Position numbers and translations under genes: made by a program. From the human T2T-CHM13v2.0 reference genome, Homo sapiens, in NCBI RefSeq assembly GCF_009914755.1, contig NC_060927.1: DNA of 64,000 nt, one strand, 5' to 3'. Position 1 is the first letter of the stretch; every line of letters begins with the position of its first letter. The notes under the pieces are model-generated. The model was not told the origin of the DNA. It ran no database searches and saw nothing but the letters and a program-made list of their open reading frames with translations. Shown here piece after piece: positions 1 to 17,093 of the stretch.

Positions 1-38
1 GGTTATTCTATTATAGCAACAGAAAACAGACTAAGACA
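1..38 (+). mobile_element. 3' end of a MaLR (MLT1/MST-type) LTR
   Basis: ttatagcaacagaaaacagactaagaca is the typical MaLR LTR terminus; cut by the window edge. Confidence 0.55.
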
Positions 39-121
39 ACTTGTTAGTCCCCAAATGAGCAGGTCATCAGGCCCAGCTGTACTCTTGCATGCATGTAAAA
101 TAACCAAGAATTTTAGTCCTG

Positions 122-878
122 TGTTACAGCCCAATGGGTTCTTCTTGCCTGCTGCACAGATAAAGCCAATACACTAAGACAACACTGTTGCAGCAGAGAA
201 AGGATTTAATTATCGCAAAGCAGCTCAGCAGTAGAGTGGGAGATATTTCTCAAATTTGCCTTCCTGAGATCACAAAGGCTATGGTTTGTAAGGATAATTT
301 GGTGGGCAGGGGGCTAGGAAATGGGTTTCTCTGATTGGTTGGGGATGAAATCATAGGAGATTCAAACTGTCTTTGGAAGCTGAGTCAGTGTCTGTGTGGG
401 GATCACAGGACCAGTTGGGTCCGTTCGTTTGTGTGAATCACTGATCTGGGTGGCATCAGTTGGTCCACCTGAATTCAAAAGTCTGAAAAATATCTCAAAG
501 ACAAGTCTTAGATTTTGATAATAGTGATGTGATTTATAGGAGCAATTAGGAAAGTTTCAAATCTTGTGACCTCTGGCTACATGATTCCTGAGCAGTAAGC
601 AAGCTAGAGAACAATGGCTGATTATCAGTTAACTATGCTTATAGGCTGGCAGAATTCAGGCCCTTACCATAATTCCCGAACAAGAAAGGAGTTAGTCTGG
701 GGAAGAGGCTATTGTCATCATTGCTTTAAAGTTAAGCCATAAGCTAAATTCCTCTCATAGTTAGCTTGGCCAATGCCAAGGAATGAGCAAGGACAGATAG
801 TTTGGGGGGTTAGAAGCAAGATGACATCAGCTGTGTTAGATTCATCCTGCTACGATAATCTTTGCAAAGACAATTTCA
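122..878 (-). mobile_element. ERV1 solo LTR, LTR8-like
   Basis: Reverse complement starts TGAAATTGTCTTTGCAAAGATTATCG...ATCTAACACAGCTGATGTCATCTTGCTTCTAACC and ends ...GGGCTGTAACA, resembling LTR8/8A; flanks cctg/actg are a near 4-bp TSD. Confidence 0.7.
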
Positions 879-3800
879 ACTGTAGCACAGCCAGGTCAGT
901 GCTAGTTGCTATGTGATCAGTAATTCCAAGCTACAGAGTTCTACCAAATCATTTTGGGCTATCATTGATACCGTACAAATTCAAGCAATGATTAAGTGAT
1001 TAAGAAAAGCCTAATATTCCAGTACCTTCCTAGTCTAATTATTGGATTATTCTATGAAAACACATATTTTTAAAAGAAAAATTTCTAGCTTAAAAATTTT
1101 TTTAAACCGATTAAATGGTAATTATTTTTAAGAAGGTTATAATCTTGACTCTCATACAAATGCAAAACGAACACATATCAAAGTTTTTTTAGCTCAATAA
1201 TTAATGAGATAACCAGTAAGCTATGAGAACCAATTCAGGAAAGGATCCAAAAAGCAAATGAATATATAAGCCTTCAGAAATACCAAAATACATTTGCTTA
1301 ATAGATGCAAACTGGCCAATATCCACAGGGCAATAATCAATTGCATTCCACTATACATGTATATTGTGCATTATTATGGACTAGAATCATTTGCCTCATG
1401 ACCAGTTTTCTACAACATAGAGAGTTGTAAAATTGTTCAAAGAAAACTTCAAAACCCATAGAGTCAGATAACCTAGAAATGTATGTTTTCGATAATACCT
1501 AGTTTTCATTGAAGACATCCAGTAATCATCTTGGCCCATTCCCAAATCTTCCATAATTTTTTCTTCCGGTAAATTAACTCTTCATATATTACTCTGTCCA
1601 TGGTTATGCCCTTTTGATGTACCTGGCCATTTTCTCAAGTTCATGTTATTTGAGAGATACATGAGGAGCTCTCCCTTTTGTTTGATTCAATAGTACAGAA
1701 AAAAAGAGCACGTCTCCTATTACAAACTCCAAGTTAAGAGGTATGGGAAGGGTCACAGTGAGCTGGGTAACTAGAGGGAGAGGCAAAAGAAAGAGAAAAA
1801 GGAGAAAGGATTAAATCATTTATATCATAATTTCATGGATAGTATTATAGAATTAAACCTCTTTGTAGTCACTTATTTCACAGGTTCTGGCCCATTGGCT
1901 TTAAGAGGCATCTCAGTTTAGTAATGGTTTCTTGGAGGAGAAAGAAAATTTGAAAAGGAAAAAATATATACTTCTTTAAAAAATGGAGTATATTTATACC
2001 ATGGCATATTATTCCCTCAGTAAACAACGGTTTAAACCTTTTTAACATTCTTTTGAATCACTTTGTCCATCATTTATCATGCATATGACTTGATACTTTC
2101 ATAGTGCATTTCCTGATTGAAACCTTTTTAGCAGCTTTGTGATTGAAAATGTAATCTTAAAGCATTTCAAAGAATACTGGGATATTTTCTACATAATCCA
2201 CCCTATACTCCTACTCTCTCTACACACTCCAATTTAATTATATACCTGAGGTTACACAGCTAATTTTGAAAGTTGTAAGGAAGGTTTTGATAGCTTACCG
2301 CCTAAGCAGTTGTCCTCAGCATAGCATTCATGGGTTATTCACTTTTCCTAGCTTTGAAAACACTGTGATCTATTCTGTAAGACTGACAAATCCTTCTGCC
2401 TTTAACTGTGCTGGTTGGCATCCAACAGACAGTCCTTTTGAATAACCCAAGGCCAAAAGATTTATTAACTTGCACAGATTTATCTACTTCCATGTGTTTT
2501 CTATTCTTGGGTCCTCTGTAAAACATTTAATTGTTATTTTACAAGAGAATCACTTGGTTCATTCCTTGAGTGATGAATGTTTGCATCACTTGCAGTAAAT
2601 TTACATCCTGTGGTGCTCTTCATTCTCTTCTGCATACACAGTACTTTTTCTGTTCACTTCTGCCATCACAGTACAGTCCTATTGAGGACAAGTCCACATC
2701 CAAATTTAAGGAAAACTACTGTGAGAGGCAGGACCAATGGAAACAATTCAACTGAGCGAACAAGGATAAACAAATAGCCTAAAGTACACACTTGTCTAGG
2801 CAATGGCTCATGCACAGAAAATAACAGCTCTAACACATAATTGTCTGTGTGATGATCAGCTGATTTCTTTGGACATTGATTATAAGATTTATTAGAATTG
2901 GGAAAGGGAAGGAACACTATGCATGAGGAATTTGCAAAATTACAGATTTCTAAAATACAGATTGTTTCACAAAGTGTGACCCCCTTTTCTTTTGACAAGT
3001 TTTTTTGACAAAGTTCCTAGCTTCATTGCTGCTGATCTAATTGTGCCTTTCTCTTAGCAAATCAGGAAACACAGGCCCGGAAACTTTCACTTATTCCAAC
3101 TTTCACCAAGGTAGCTAGTATTAACCAAAGTTAAAGCAGTGGATTCCAAACTCCCAGTTTTCCAAACACCATGATAAAGTTTTCACCAGTCTGTGGCAAA
3201 ATGAAAAAAACAAAGTAGTAATTTTTATGAGTTCAAAAATATCTACTTCAAGGGATTGTTTTATTTTCATGTTGAAATATTCATTTTTTATGTGATTGAT
3301 GTAGTCATTCTTTTGTATGATTAAAAGAGGCATTATTTTTGTAAATTTTTTTGCCGCCACCCCAATATATTAGCAGAACAAAAATTTAGTAGCCCTATGT
3401 AGGTTCTTTCAATTAAAGGAATTACTAGTCCTTTACATACAAAAGTCTGAGAATTAACAGGCAGGGAACTTCTAATACAGTGTTCTTTTTGTTAGGCATT
3501 TCTCCCTAGTTATTTCTTTTGGCCTTTTTTTTTTTTTTTTTTTTTTTTTACTGGAGAAAGGGCCTCCCTCAAGCATTTTTCTCAGCTACCAAAGGACACT
3601 TCTCTCTTTTTCTCAACTCACAATTATGAAACCATTTTTTATAATTTTAAAATAATTGGGTTATAAAAAAGATGCATTTGTGAATAATCAATACCTTATA
3701 AATTAGATGAACTACCAGGGAAGTTAAAAAACACTATCTTTTTTTATAATGCGGACTTTCAGTTTTGTGATTCATCATACCTCAATTACAAGAAGATTTA

Positions 3801-4394
3801 GTTCCCTTACTTGTTTTAATGAAGTGTTTTCTAAAGTAGTATACACATATACACTTATATGCAACTTACTCTACCACTGGTAACCAAGAAGAGAAATGCA
3901 AGAATTAAGGATAGTTTATTCATAGCTAACCTACTTCTACCTTTTCTACTACCATAGCACTGTCTATTACTATTCTGGTACTGCAGCCTCTTGTTGTTTT
4001 TATGTAAAGGCATTTTACAGAGTAGCTAGAAAAATAATAAATCTCCAATGTAATTGTCTATGTGAAAGTAACTCATTTGAGAATGTATTGATTATTATGA
4101 TTAATAATAGGGCCCTGGCATTTTGTAGACTAATGTTAATATTGTAATATTTTGGTACCACCTTCTGCGATTGTTCAAGGTAGTGTACTTGTTATTATAT
4201 TACGTGTCCAGTCATTGGTGACAATACCACTTTGTCAGGCTGTAAAGATGGAAACACTTTTTCAAAGAGAAGAAAAAATTGAGCTGCTACCCCTGGGCTC
4301 AAAGTAGATTAGCCTTAATAATTTAGAAGTGACAACTACTCTTGCTGTTCCTTCTGAAACAGCATTATGGGCCTTTACTTGTCACACTATATTA

Positions 4395-5620
4395 ATTTAA
4401 TAAATATTTATTTGGCACCTACTATGTGTAATTAATTAGGTGCTCATTCTGATTATCTTAAGACATACAAAGATGAATATCCTTCCATTTGTGTCCTCAA
4501 AAAGCTTAGGACAAGAGATGATCCATGTATGAAATTACCTGTAACAGAAGGAAGCAGTGATATGTGCTATTGGAGAGGTAGAGATAAAAATTTGCCAAGA
4601 TTTCAAAGGAGGGAGGAAGTTGCTGTTTTAATTGAAGAACCAAGCGGGTATTCATGAAGGAGACGAAAATAGAACAGAACCTTGAGAAGTGCTTTGGATT
4701 TGAACATATGGAACTTGGGCTAGGTTCGTTTCAGAAAGAGAACTACACAAGCCAGTAATAGGAGAGGAAAATTCTGGTGTATCTGATGCAAAACGGAGTC
4801 TGGCTAGAGTTACAGGATCCATGAAGGAGAGTAAGTAGAAAGTTGTGCTGCGTCACAGTACAAATGCTGTGTTATGTTCAGGACTAAAGATTTTGGGCTT
4901 TGGTCTACAGGGATGAGAGAACTCCTGAGGTTTTGTAAACATAGGAATAGCCTGGTCATAAGGAGTATCAAGACAATTGATCTGGAGGCTCAGCATATGT
5001 TGGATTGAAGAGGCCAATAACCAGCAGTTCAGAGAGTGGCTGGAAACCAGAACCATTGGTATAGTCCTTGAGATACATTGAGAGGAAGAACTGCCATTGT
5101 GGCCATGGGAATGGCCATGGGATGATCAACAGGAGAGGTCCCAGGGTGCAACATGGAATGAGTGTTTGACAATGAATTGAACATGAGGGAAAAAGAGATG
5201 GAGGGGAGTCAAATGCTTTGACATTGAAAGAAAAAAGAGTAGGTTTGATTGATAAGATAAGGAGTCCTGTTTGGGCCTCCTTGAATTCAAACTGCTGGCA
5301 GGCATCAACGAATAAATATCCCAAGAACAATTACCAATGCATATCAGAAATTAAGATAAAAATGAAGCCAGAGCTATAATTTTACTTATTTGGGAATAGT
5401 CTTAATAGATATAATAGTTGAAGTATCTTTGTTTTGAGAGTTCACCAGTGGGCATGAGAAGTGTACTACCAAGAAGAGAGAAGGGCCAGGACTAGATCTG
5501 TGGAGAATATCAACACTTAAAATGTAGAACAAGGAAACCACTCCCTCCAGCGCCCACCCAGCCAAAAACCTAGAAACTAAAAATAACCACCCAACATTCA
5601 GGAGAAGTCAGAGGTAGCAG
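4395..5620 (-). mobile_element. Degraded L2 LINE fragment(s)
   Basis: aataaatatttatttggcacctactatgtg (L2 3' end, reversed) followed by a purine-rich L2-like body; boundaries approximate. Confidence 0.55.
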
Positions 5621-6347
5621 AGGCAAAGGAGGGAGCCAGCAACCAGCAACCAGCAGCAGAGAGGCTAGAGTAGACTAGCAGAGGTAATTTTGCTTGCAAG
5701 CTGGACATCTTGCCTTCAAAAGGAAGAAAGATCACTTAACTGTGGATAGACACGTGTGTTTCCAGAGCAGAGTTCTTTCAGCTCTCTGAAAGAGTTCCCT
5801 GACAGGACCTGCTCCCACAATTCACAGCCACATGGTCCAAATTTCTTGGCAGAATGTGTCATCAGTGGCCTGCTGCCCACTGCCCTGGCAGAGGCCCTCT
5901 CCCACAAACATAATGGGAGCTCTTTCCAGGAGTCCAGAAGCCCAAAGATACATCTGTGGTTTTGACATCCCATTTTCCCCAGTAAGAAAAACCTGCAGAG
6001 CTGCAGGTCCATCTAACATTGCTTTTTTTTTCTATCTGACCATCTGTAACCTCTGTAAACCAGAGGTTTTTAACCTGAGGTCAGTGAATATTCTGGCCAG
6101 TGGATATAATTTTCTGCTATCCATGTGCATGTATTTTCCTGCAGGGATGATTTATTCTTCTCATTCTTAAAAAGATCTATTTTCTTAAAGAGCCACTGTA
6201 ATATTAATTGTACACTCTTGCAAATAATGTGAGTTCCTTGAGGACAAGAGCCTGTCCTTATAAATTTTGATAACCTCATGGAACCTCTATCAGTCTTGGC
6301 TGAATGAATGGCTAATGGTGCTACATTAGTTGGGCAACAGAGATGAT

Positions 6348-6726
6348 TGTATTAGTCCGTTCTCACACGGCTATGAAGAAATACCCGAGACTGGGTAATT
6401 TATAAAGGAAAGAGGTTTAATTGACTCACAGTTCCACATTGCTAGGGAGGCCTCAGGAGACTTACAATCATGGTGGAAGGCAAAGAAGAAGCAGGCAACT
6501 TCTTCACAGGGTGGCAGGATGGAGAGAGTGCAAGCATGGGAAATGACAGATGCTTATAAAACCATCAGATCTTGTGAAACTCACTCACTATTATGAGAAC
6601 AGCAATGGGGAAGCTGCCCTCATGATCTAATTACCTCCACCTGATCCTGCTCTTTACCAGATTGGGGATTATGGGGATTACAATTCAAGATGAGATTTTC
6701 GCTGGGGACATAGCAAAACCATATCC
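6348..6726 (-). mobile_element. THE1-family MaLR solo LTR
   Basis: tgtattagtccgttctcacac...gagactgggtaatttataaaggaaagaggtttaattgactcacagttcc...accatatcc; 5-bp TSD ATGAT at 6343-6347 and 6727-6731. Confidence 0.85.
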
Positions 6727-6848
6727 ATGATAAAAATACTCATTTTGGTTCTCTGACCTATTGTTTAACTTAAAAAAATATAGATACCTAGGAAACATTT
6801 TTTCATAATGTCCTCTGTTAGAATAACTTGTTGTTAAAATGAGTGCTT

Positions 6849-7162
<314 letters not shown>

Positions 7163-7189
7163 TTATTTATTTCCTTAATAATTTTGCAG

Positions 7190-7565
7190 AGTGCGGATTA
7201 ATACCTTTTTTCATTAATGAGGATGCTAGGGCTGAGAGAATTCATGTGACTTGCTGAGGGTCAAACAGCATGATAGCCAACTTGGGACTTACATCCAAGT
7301 CTTTGTTCTCCAAGTCTTATATATTGTCCCACTTATCCAAGGACTGGAGAGCCAGGTTAGTTTAGTAGGTAAAACCCTGTAAAGATGGCTTGGGCTCTAA
7401 TCCTGGCTCTAGCACTTCCTGTGTGACTTTGGGCAAATTCCTAACCTCTGTAAGCCTGCATTTCCATTAATAAAATGGAGATAATAAGTGTCTGTACTTA
7501 TAAGGTGATTGCAAAGTTTAAATAAGATAGTTGTTTTAAGTATTCAAAAATGTTAACTATTATTA
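7190..7565. mobile_element. Two MIR fragments
   Basis: gtgacttgctgagggtcaaacagc, and tgtgactttgggcaaattcctaacctctgtaagcctgcatttcc...aaaatggagataata (MIR core, opposite orientations). Confidence 0.6.
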
Positions 7566-7794
7566 TTATCATCTCATGGTACGTTCATTTGTAAACAAAA
7601 ATGCCTGGGATCATAGTAGATTTTGCCTTGTTTTATGGAATGCTTATTGGCAATAGGTTGGATTTTGTTTTATACAAATACAATATTTTTCTTAGCCTAA
7701 AATATGATATTCATGTTAAATGCAGTGGTTTCCAAATAGTTGTGTTATTGACTGACAGATACAAGTATCATACAGTAAATTTAATTGCTTGGTC

Positions 7795-9330
<1,536 letters not shown>

Positions 9331-11000
9331 AGTAAAGCTTCTGCCTTTTCCTGGAGTTCTCTGGAGTACAAAAGGAAGTAAGAATGCCAAAGCAGTGGCA
9401 GCCCCCCAACGGTGGCTGAAATCAGTAGACTGGCAGGGCTGCTGTGCTCTTGGCACCTGGCTTTATCCTAATGCTGCATGAGTGACAGAGCCTGCCCCGC
9501 AGCAGTGCACTCCATCTCCCATTAGCTGTCATCCCATTAGCAACGGAGGTGGTGAGAGTTCATATTTACAAAGAGGCTGAGACTTACCTTCCTAAACAAG
9601 CAATAACTATTTAAACTTCCATACAAATGCAGGAGGGTGAAGGGGTGAGGGCAGAGGACGTTGGAACTTTTCAGACAAAAAAACTGTTGCTTCTAACATG
9701 AAAATGTGAAGGACTTACAAAGTCACCAGGCAGTTCTCTGAAATTGGAGTTACAAATAAATGTTACAGGACTGATTAGGATCTTCTAATTCATAAGCCTG
9801 TTGGAATCACTCTGCTCTTCAGTTAAATGTGTATGTACTCTGTTAATTGAATAATGGAGACTATTAATGCTCAACCATAATTAAAATACAATTTTCCAAA
9901 TGCATTTGCTCAATATCACTTGACATGTTGTTTTAGTGATTTTTTTAAATGATCAAGAACAAGTAAGTTACTTAATTGTATGAATAAACAGTTTAGCTTT
10001 CCAAATGCCTGCAGTGACAAAATGGGAGAATACAAAGGAAAGAGGAAATCGTGTCCCCAGTGTGCACAAGTCAGGCTGTTTGTGGGAAGACAGGGCTTCT
10101 GGAACACTGGCATGCCAAGAAGCAGAGATATTATTCAGAGATATCTGGGCACTGACGGTGCTTTTTTTTCTCCAAGAGAAAATGTGGCCTTGATGCCCTT
10201 CAATTTGGTTCAAGAACCTGATGAGCCTGATAATTAGAAATATTAATTTAAATAGAAACACCAGTTTGTTTGGTGTAAGCTGAAATGGTAACATAAGCCT
10301 GAATATAAATGGACTGTGTCGTAGCAAGAATTCAGCCTCATTCTCAACTTTGGTAGGGGGCTCCTCCCTGCCCAAAGATTGTCACTGGGAGAGCAGCAAC
10401 CTCCTAGGAACCAATACGTGAGGAACAATCACACAAGGATGTGCTGAGTCTGCTCCTTCTCTGGTTTACCACTTCCTGTGGACTCTGCAACCTGGAATGA
10501 ATAAACTGGGATTTGAGGCAGGTATATGTCTGATCTCCGCTCACCAGTTGGTAACCCAGCTGCAAGGTGCATTTACTTTATAAATGGGTGCAGTGACATT
10601 TTCAAATGCCTAGTGGTGCTAGTTCATCTTAAGCCCTGTAAATATCTTTTGGTTTTCATTATACTTGTCCTAGACCTATGTAGTTTAGTGAAAGCTAGAG
10701 TAAGTCCATTCAAAGTCATGATCAAACTGTATTTGGCGAGGCTATGAAAAACTGATAAATTAGTTTCACCAAACATGACTTGTAATTACTTGTTGTATAA
10801 GTAACTATACATACTCTTAACCCCGTGAAGGTGGGGACCATGGTATCTTGTTCCTGGGAGAATCCTCAGAACTTAGCAGTGTTATTTGTTCATTTAACTG
10901 TTAATTGACTTTTTAAAAGTAGAACCTCCCAACATATCCTTCCATGAGACTTTTGTTATAGAGATAACTAATAATTAATATGTAAATTGTTGTTTTTTAG

Positions 11001-11285
<285 letters not shown>

Positions 11286-12170
11286 TGATTTCTCAAGACT
11301 TTTGAATTTGACTTTGACTCAGTTATGTTGTATTCTTATTCTAGACACAGCAATATTTACACAGGGTAAAAAACAATCTCATTGAAATGGTATGGCTAGA
11401 AGGATTAGGAAACCCAAGAAATGTGTTAATTCCTGATTCCACTTCTGGCTGAATGAATCTAAGGAAATTACATCTTTTAAAAATTATTATGATTTACATA
11501 AACTCCTTGTGATCAAAAAAAGCAAACATTTTTCTGGAGTTTTCAGTGTAGAGAGAGAGGCACATATTTATCGCACAAATAAATGAAAAATTACAAATAT
11601 GATGAGTACTACAAAGAAAGACAGCATGGTTTGCTAAGAATATCAGAAATTTTTGCTTAAAATCAGCAGTATCCTCTTGTTTAAATAGCATCCAAGATTT
11701 TTTTTGAAGTGTTATCTTATTATAAAAATTCTATGTATTGGGGGAAATTTCTAGCCTAATGGTATTTTGTAATCACTTTGACATGATGTTTGATTTCTAT
11801 TTTAATGCTCTGATATACGTGTGAATTAGCTCATTAAAAAGTTAAAAATTAAAACAATTTCTAATGGCTTTTCTAGTTTTAAAATTAAAAGGTCTACTGA
11901 GTAAAATGTAAAGGATGATCTTGAATTTTAAACTAGGTACTTTTTTCTAATAGTATAAAAGAAGTTTAATTTCATCAAAGTAACCTAGTAATTTGGAAGA
12001 AAACAGTCTCTATAGATTGTAGCAAAATAACAATGAAATAAAAAATAATATCAGTAGATGATATTAACTTGCAAAAAGTTAATTTGAGCATCTAGAAATA
12101 GTACAAGTATTGGACCATATCAATGTGGGGGAAAGCCTGGCACTTTTCCCCCAGGTGCCTGTTTGGTTAA

Positions 12171-12527
<357 letters not shown>

Positions 12528-13730
12528 TAGTTTTAACTGTCTTTAACTTCTGAAAGTATTTCCTCCTTGTTCCTTTTGCATTTTGAATGTTTGAGAGCAT
12601 TTAGTTGGGTATCTAATAATTATTTTGTATAGATTATGGCCTATTTGAGAAACATTGTTATGAATGAACATTTGAGAAAGAAGTTAAATCTTTTGGCATA
12701 TATAGAATTTGGCAGTGATAATCTGAAATCTTTACTCTCTGATTGATGGGTTTCCTCTGTAATCTTAACCACTTTATGAAATTTTGCTTGTCCTATTTAA
12801 TAAATTAGTTACTAGATAGAATGGCAGTTGGCTTTCATAACAATGTGATTAAAATAGAGTAAAAAAGAATTAAAAATCAGAGTTTATACAGGTTTGTTGG
12901 CTTTTGAACCAAAGAACTTCATTGGTAATTTAAAACATTTGTATATGATTCATTTTCAAAAGAGCAGCTTATTTTAAGTCCCCCAAAATGGAGAGAAATT
13001 AGAATGAGATGCATTCATTCGAAATTTTATTGCTATTTTATATTTTTAAAATGTATTTAGGGTTTCCAAATGTTTCATATTTTAGCATTTTATTTTCCAA
13101 TTTTACCAGCAAAATAATTGAAATCACAGTCCTAAAATTGAGACTAAATTAAAAGTAAATTTTTATAGCTGTTCATTAAATGAAGCCATATTTTCAAAGC
13201 TACCCAAATCATGTTAATCTTGAACTTTACATTGGAACAACAACAAAAATAACCCTGAACAGATACTCAATATCCCTTAATCTCCAAGATGTAGGCATCT
13301 TTTACCTTAAGAAGTGCCATGATTAATACAATGAGAGAATACAGAGCAAATTTTTGTCATATGTTTTTTATCTATGAGATTAAAAAAAGATGACAATAAA
13401 AGAAACTTAAATGTAGTCTTTTAATAGTCAAAGAATACATCAAGGGGTGATAATGCATATGAAGTAGATTCAACTATTAAAACCCATTTGTTTTCAAACT
13501 CCTTTAGACACGTTTAGCAAACAGCAAAGACCCAATATCCTTTAAAATAGATTTGGAAAGGAATATTTCAGATGATAAACACTAATACATCATGATTTAA
13601 ACTGGCTTTCATTCATCTGTTTTCACCTACCCAAAAGCAATTGGTATATTGGCAGAATGATGTCCAGTATACACAGGGAAGAATTTGAAATTGATAATTT
13701 AATCACGTACATTGTTCAAGAATAAACTTA

Positions 13731-14037
13731 GGACTGGGCACAGTGGCTCATGCCCTGTAATCCCAGCACTCTGGGAGGCCAAGTGGAGTGGATCACTTGA
13801 GGCTAGGAGTTTGTGACCAGCCTGGCTGACATGGTGAGACCCCATCTCTTCTAAAAATACAGAAATTAGCCAGGTGTGGTGGCACACACCTGTAATCCCA
13901 GCTGTTCAGGAGGCTGAGGCATGAGAATCACTTGAACCCAGGAGACAGAGTTTGCAGTGAGCAGAGATCATACCATTGCACTCCAGCCTAGGTGACACAG
14001 AGAGACTGTTTGTAAAACAAACAAACAAACAAAAAAC
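13731..14037 (+). mobile_element. Alu (old S/J type), intron 3
   Basis: Dimeric Alu with (AAAC)n tail; TSD agaataaactt. Confidence 0.9.
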
Positions 14038-14221
14038 AGAATAAACTTTGAAGCATTTATTGAGTGTTTACTCTGTGTTAAGAGTTTTACATGCATCATT
14101 GCAACTAGAAAGTGATTAAGTCTAAGCTTATATTGTATGTGGTTCTGTAGTTTGTGTATCAGGAAGCTACTAGTATTATTTCAGGTGATACGGGTGTTTT
14201 GAATGCCCTTAATTTCTTTTT

Positions 14222-14318
14222 TATATATATATACACACACATATATATATACACACATATATATATATACACACACACATATATATATATGTAGTGTGTG
14301 TGTATGTGTGTGTGTATA
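14222..14318. repeat. Compound (TA)n/(CA)n/(TG)n microsatellite
   Basis: About 95 nt of alternating purine-pyrimidine: tatatatatacacacacatatata...gtgtgtgtata. Confidence 0.9.
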
Positions 14319-14475
14319 ACTCTTTTCCCTTTGGAAGTAAGATACTTTTTATTTTCATTGTAAATTTGGTGTACAGTTTCTCTGGACCACTCTATCAGAT
14401 GGTGATTTGAAAATCTTCTGGTCCCCCTTGATCTTCCAGTTTAACATGAATTTTTATCTATTCATTTTTTCCTAA

Positions 14476-14739
<264 letters not shown>

Positions 14740-15345
14740 TGAAGCATTCATATTCAAACTCCTTGTCAATCTAATTTGGGCTACAATTCAATTTTTTGGC
14801 TCCATTTTAAAAACCCTCTAATTAGTTTCTGAGTAAATATTATATTCATTGATGGTTTCCAGAGTATTTTCAAATTTATAAGTCAACCACACCTGCAGAG
14901 TAGCTTTATTCATCTGAAAATACCTGACATTGTGTGAGAATGTTCTGATTTACTCCAAAAACTCATTGGGTTTAGGATGGGTTTTAGTGAACCATATGTT
15001 CCACGAAGCACTTGATTTAGGCTCTGCACCACTTTTTAAATTACAAACATTCTTCTTATACAAAGACTTTTAAAAAAATTTGATTTTAGACATGTGTATG
15101 TATGGCCAAACATAATTGTTTGTTTATGCTTTAATTTATTGAGAGCCTATAATTTTTAATATAATTCAATATCTTTGGCATTATTTTCAAAGGTGTTTTA
15201 TTGGACTCTTCAGAAGTTTAGGGTATTAGTCCTTCTTATCCACTATATTGACTTGTAATAATTTGTTAAGTCATAATCAGAAAGGTAATTTTTAGCCAGG
15301 TATATGTTAGTACTAGTAGTTTTATTCTATTAAAAGCACAGTACA

Positions 15346-15647
<302 letters not shown>

Positions 15648-15724
15648 TTATATACATACAGGTTTTATATGTAGATAAAACTATATATACTGTGTGTATA
15701 TATATATAGTTCATTTTGGCCATA

Positions 15725-15728
<4 letters not shown>

Positions 15729-15760
<32 letters not shown>
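15729..15760. repeat. (TG)n microsatellite
   Basis: Perfect TG run of about 16 units. Confidence 0.92.
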
Positions 15761-15763
<3 letters not shown>

Positions 15764-16294
15764 ATTTGGCTAAGTTCATAGAGCACAAAGCCAATTGCCT
15801 CATTTACCTAATTACCTAATTTGGAGATATCAATATTCACAAATATAATAGCTAAATATTATACAATGCTTAGATTTCATTTTGACTCTGCAAACTTTGC
15901 TTTAAAACTTGTAGTTTTTGTGATAATAAAGTGCCAGGTATTAAATGGTCAAATTTTCCCTTCTTAAAAATCAGGTGAATATTGATCAATGTGCTTTGCA
16001 GTCAACTTGGAGCCAAGGCTTTATTTTTCTAACCAGGGCTTTTCATTGTTTCTAATGCTACACTTCAGATATATTGAATTATCTCATTTAAAAATAAAAA
16101 TCAAGTCTTGAATACATGTTATTATAAATGTGAAATAATTCTGTGGATTCTAAAATAAAATAAATTATACAGGGCTGTGAACTTATTTGAATTTTAGGGC
16201 CTATTTTCAAATAAACCTGCTTTTTATCAGATGCTTGAATTTCTTTATATTCTATATACTATTTGGGAAGAAACATATATAACAAATTTAAACC

Positions 16295-16457
16295 TTTTTA
16301 TTTATTTTTTTTTAGATTTTATTTCAATACTTTTGGGGAACAAGTGTTTTTGGTTACATGAAAAACTTCTTTAGTGGTGATTTGTGAGATTTTGTTGCAC
16401 AAGTACCTGAGCAGTGTACACTATACCAAATATGTAGTCTTTCATCTCTCGCCCCCA
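16295..16457 (-). mobile_element. Short L1 3'-end fragment (L1PB/L1MA-like)
   Basis: Poly-T then caatactttttggggaacaag...ggttacatg...ttctttagtggtgatttgtgagatttt...gagcagtgtacact; ends about 50 nt before the exon 5 acceptor. Confidence 0.7.
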
Positions 16458-16478
16458 GCTTTTTTTAAGCTTTGATAG

Positions 16479-17093
<615 letters not shown>

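Noticed and set aside
5991-6068. Two 8-bp-arm hairpins (acctgcag-ag-ctgcaggt; aacctctg...cagaggtt)
   Set aside because: Arms this short are expected by chance in 64 kb; no supporting context.
12141-12156. Cryptic acceptor cacttttcccccag|g 107 nt before exon 3
   Set aside because: No clear branch-point motif seen and such AGs are common; much weaker case than the exon 6 site.
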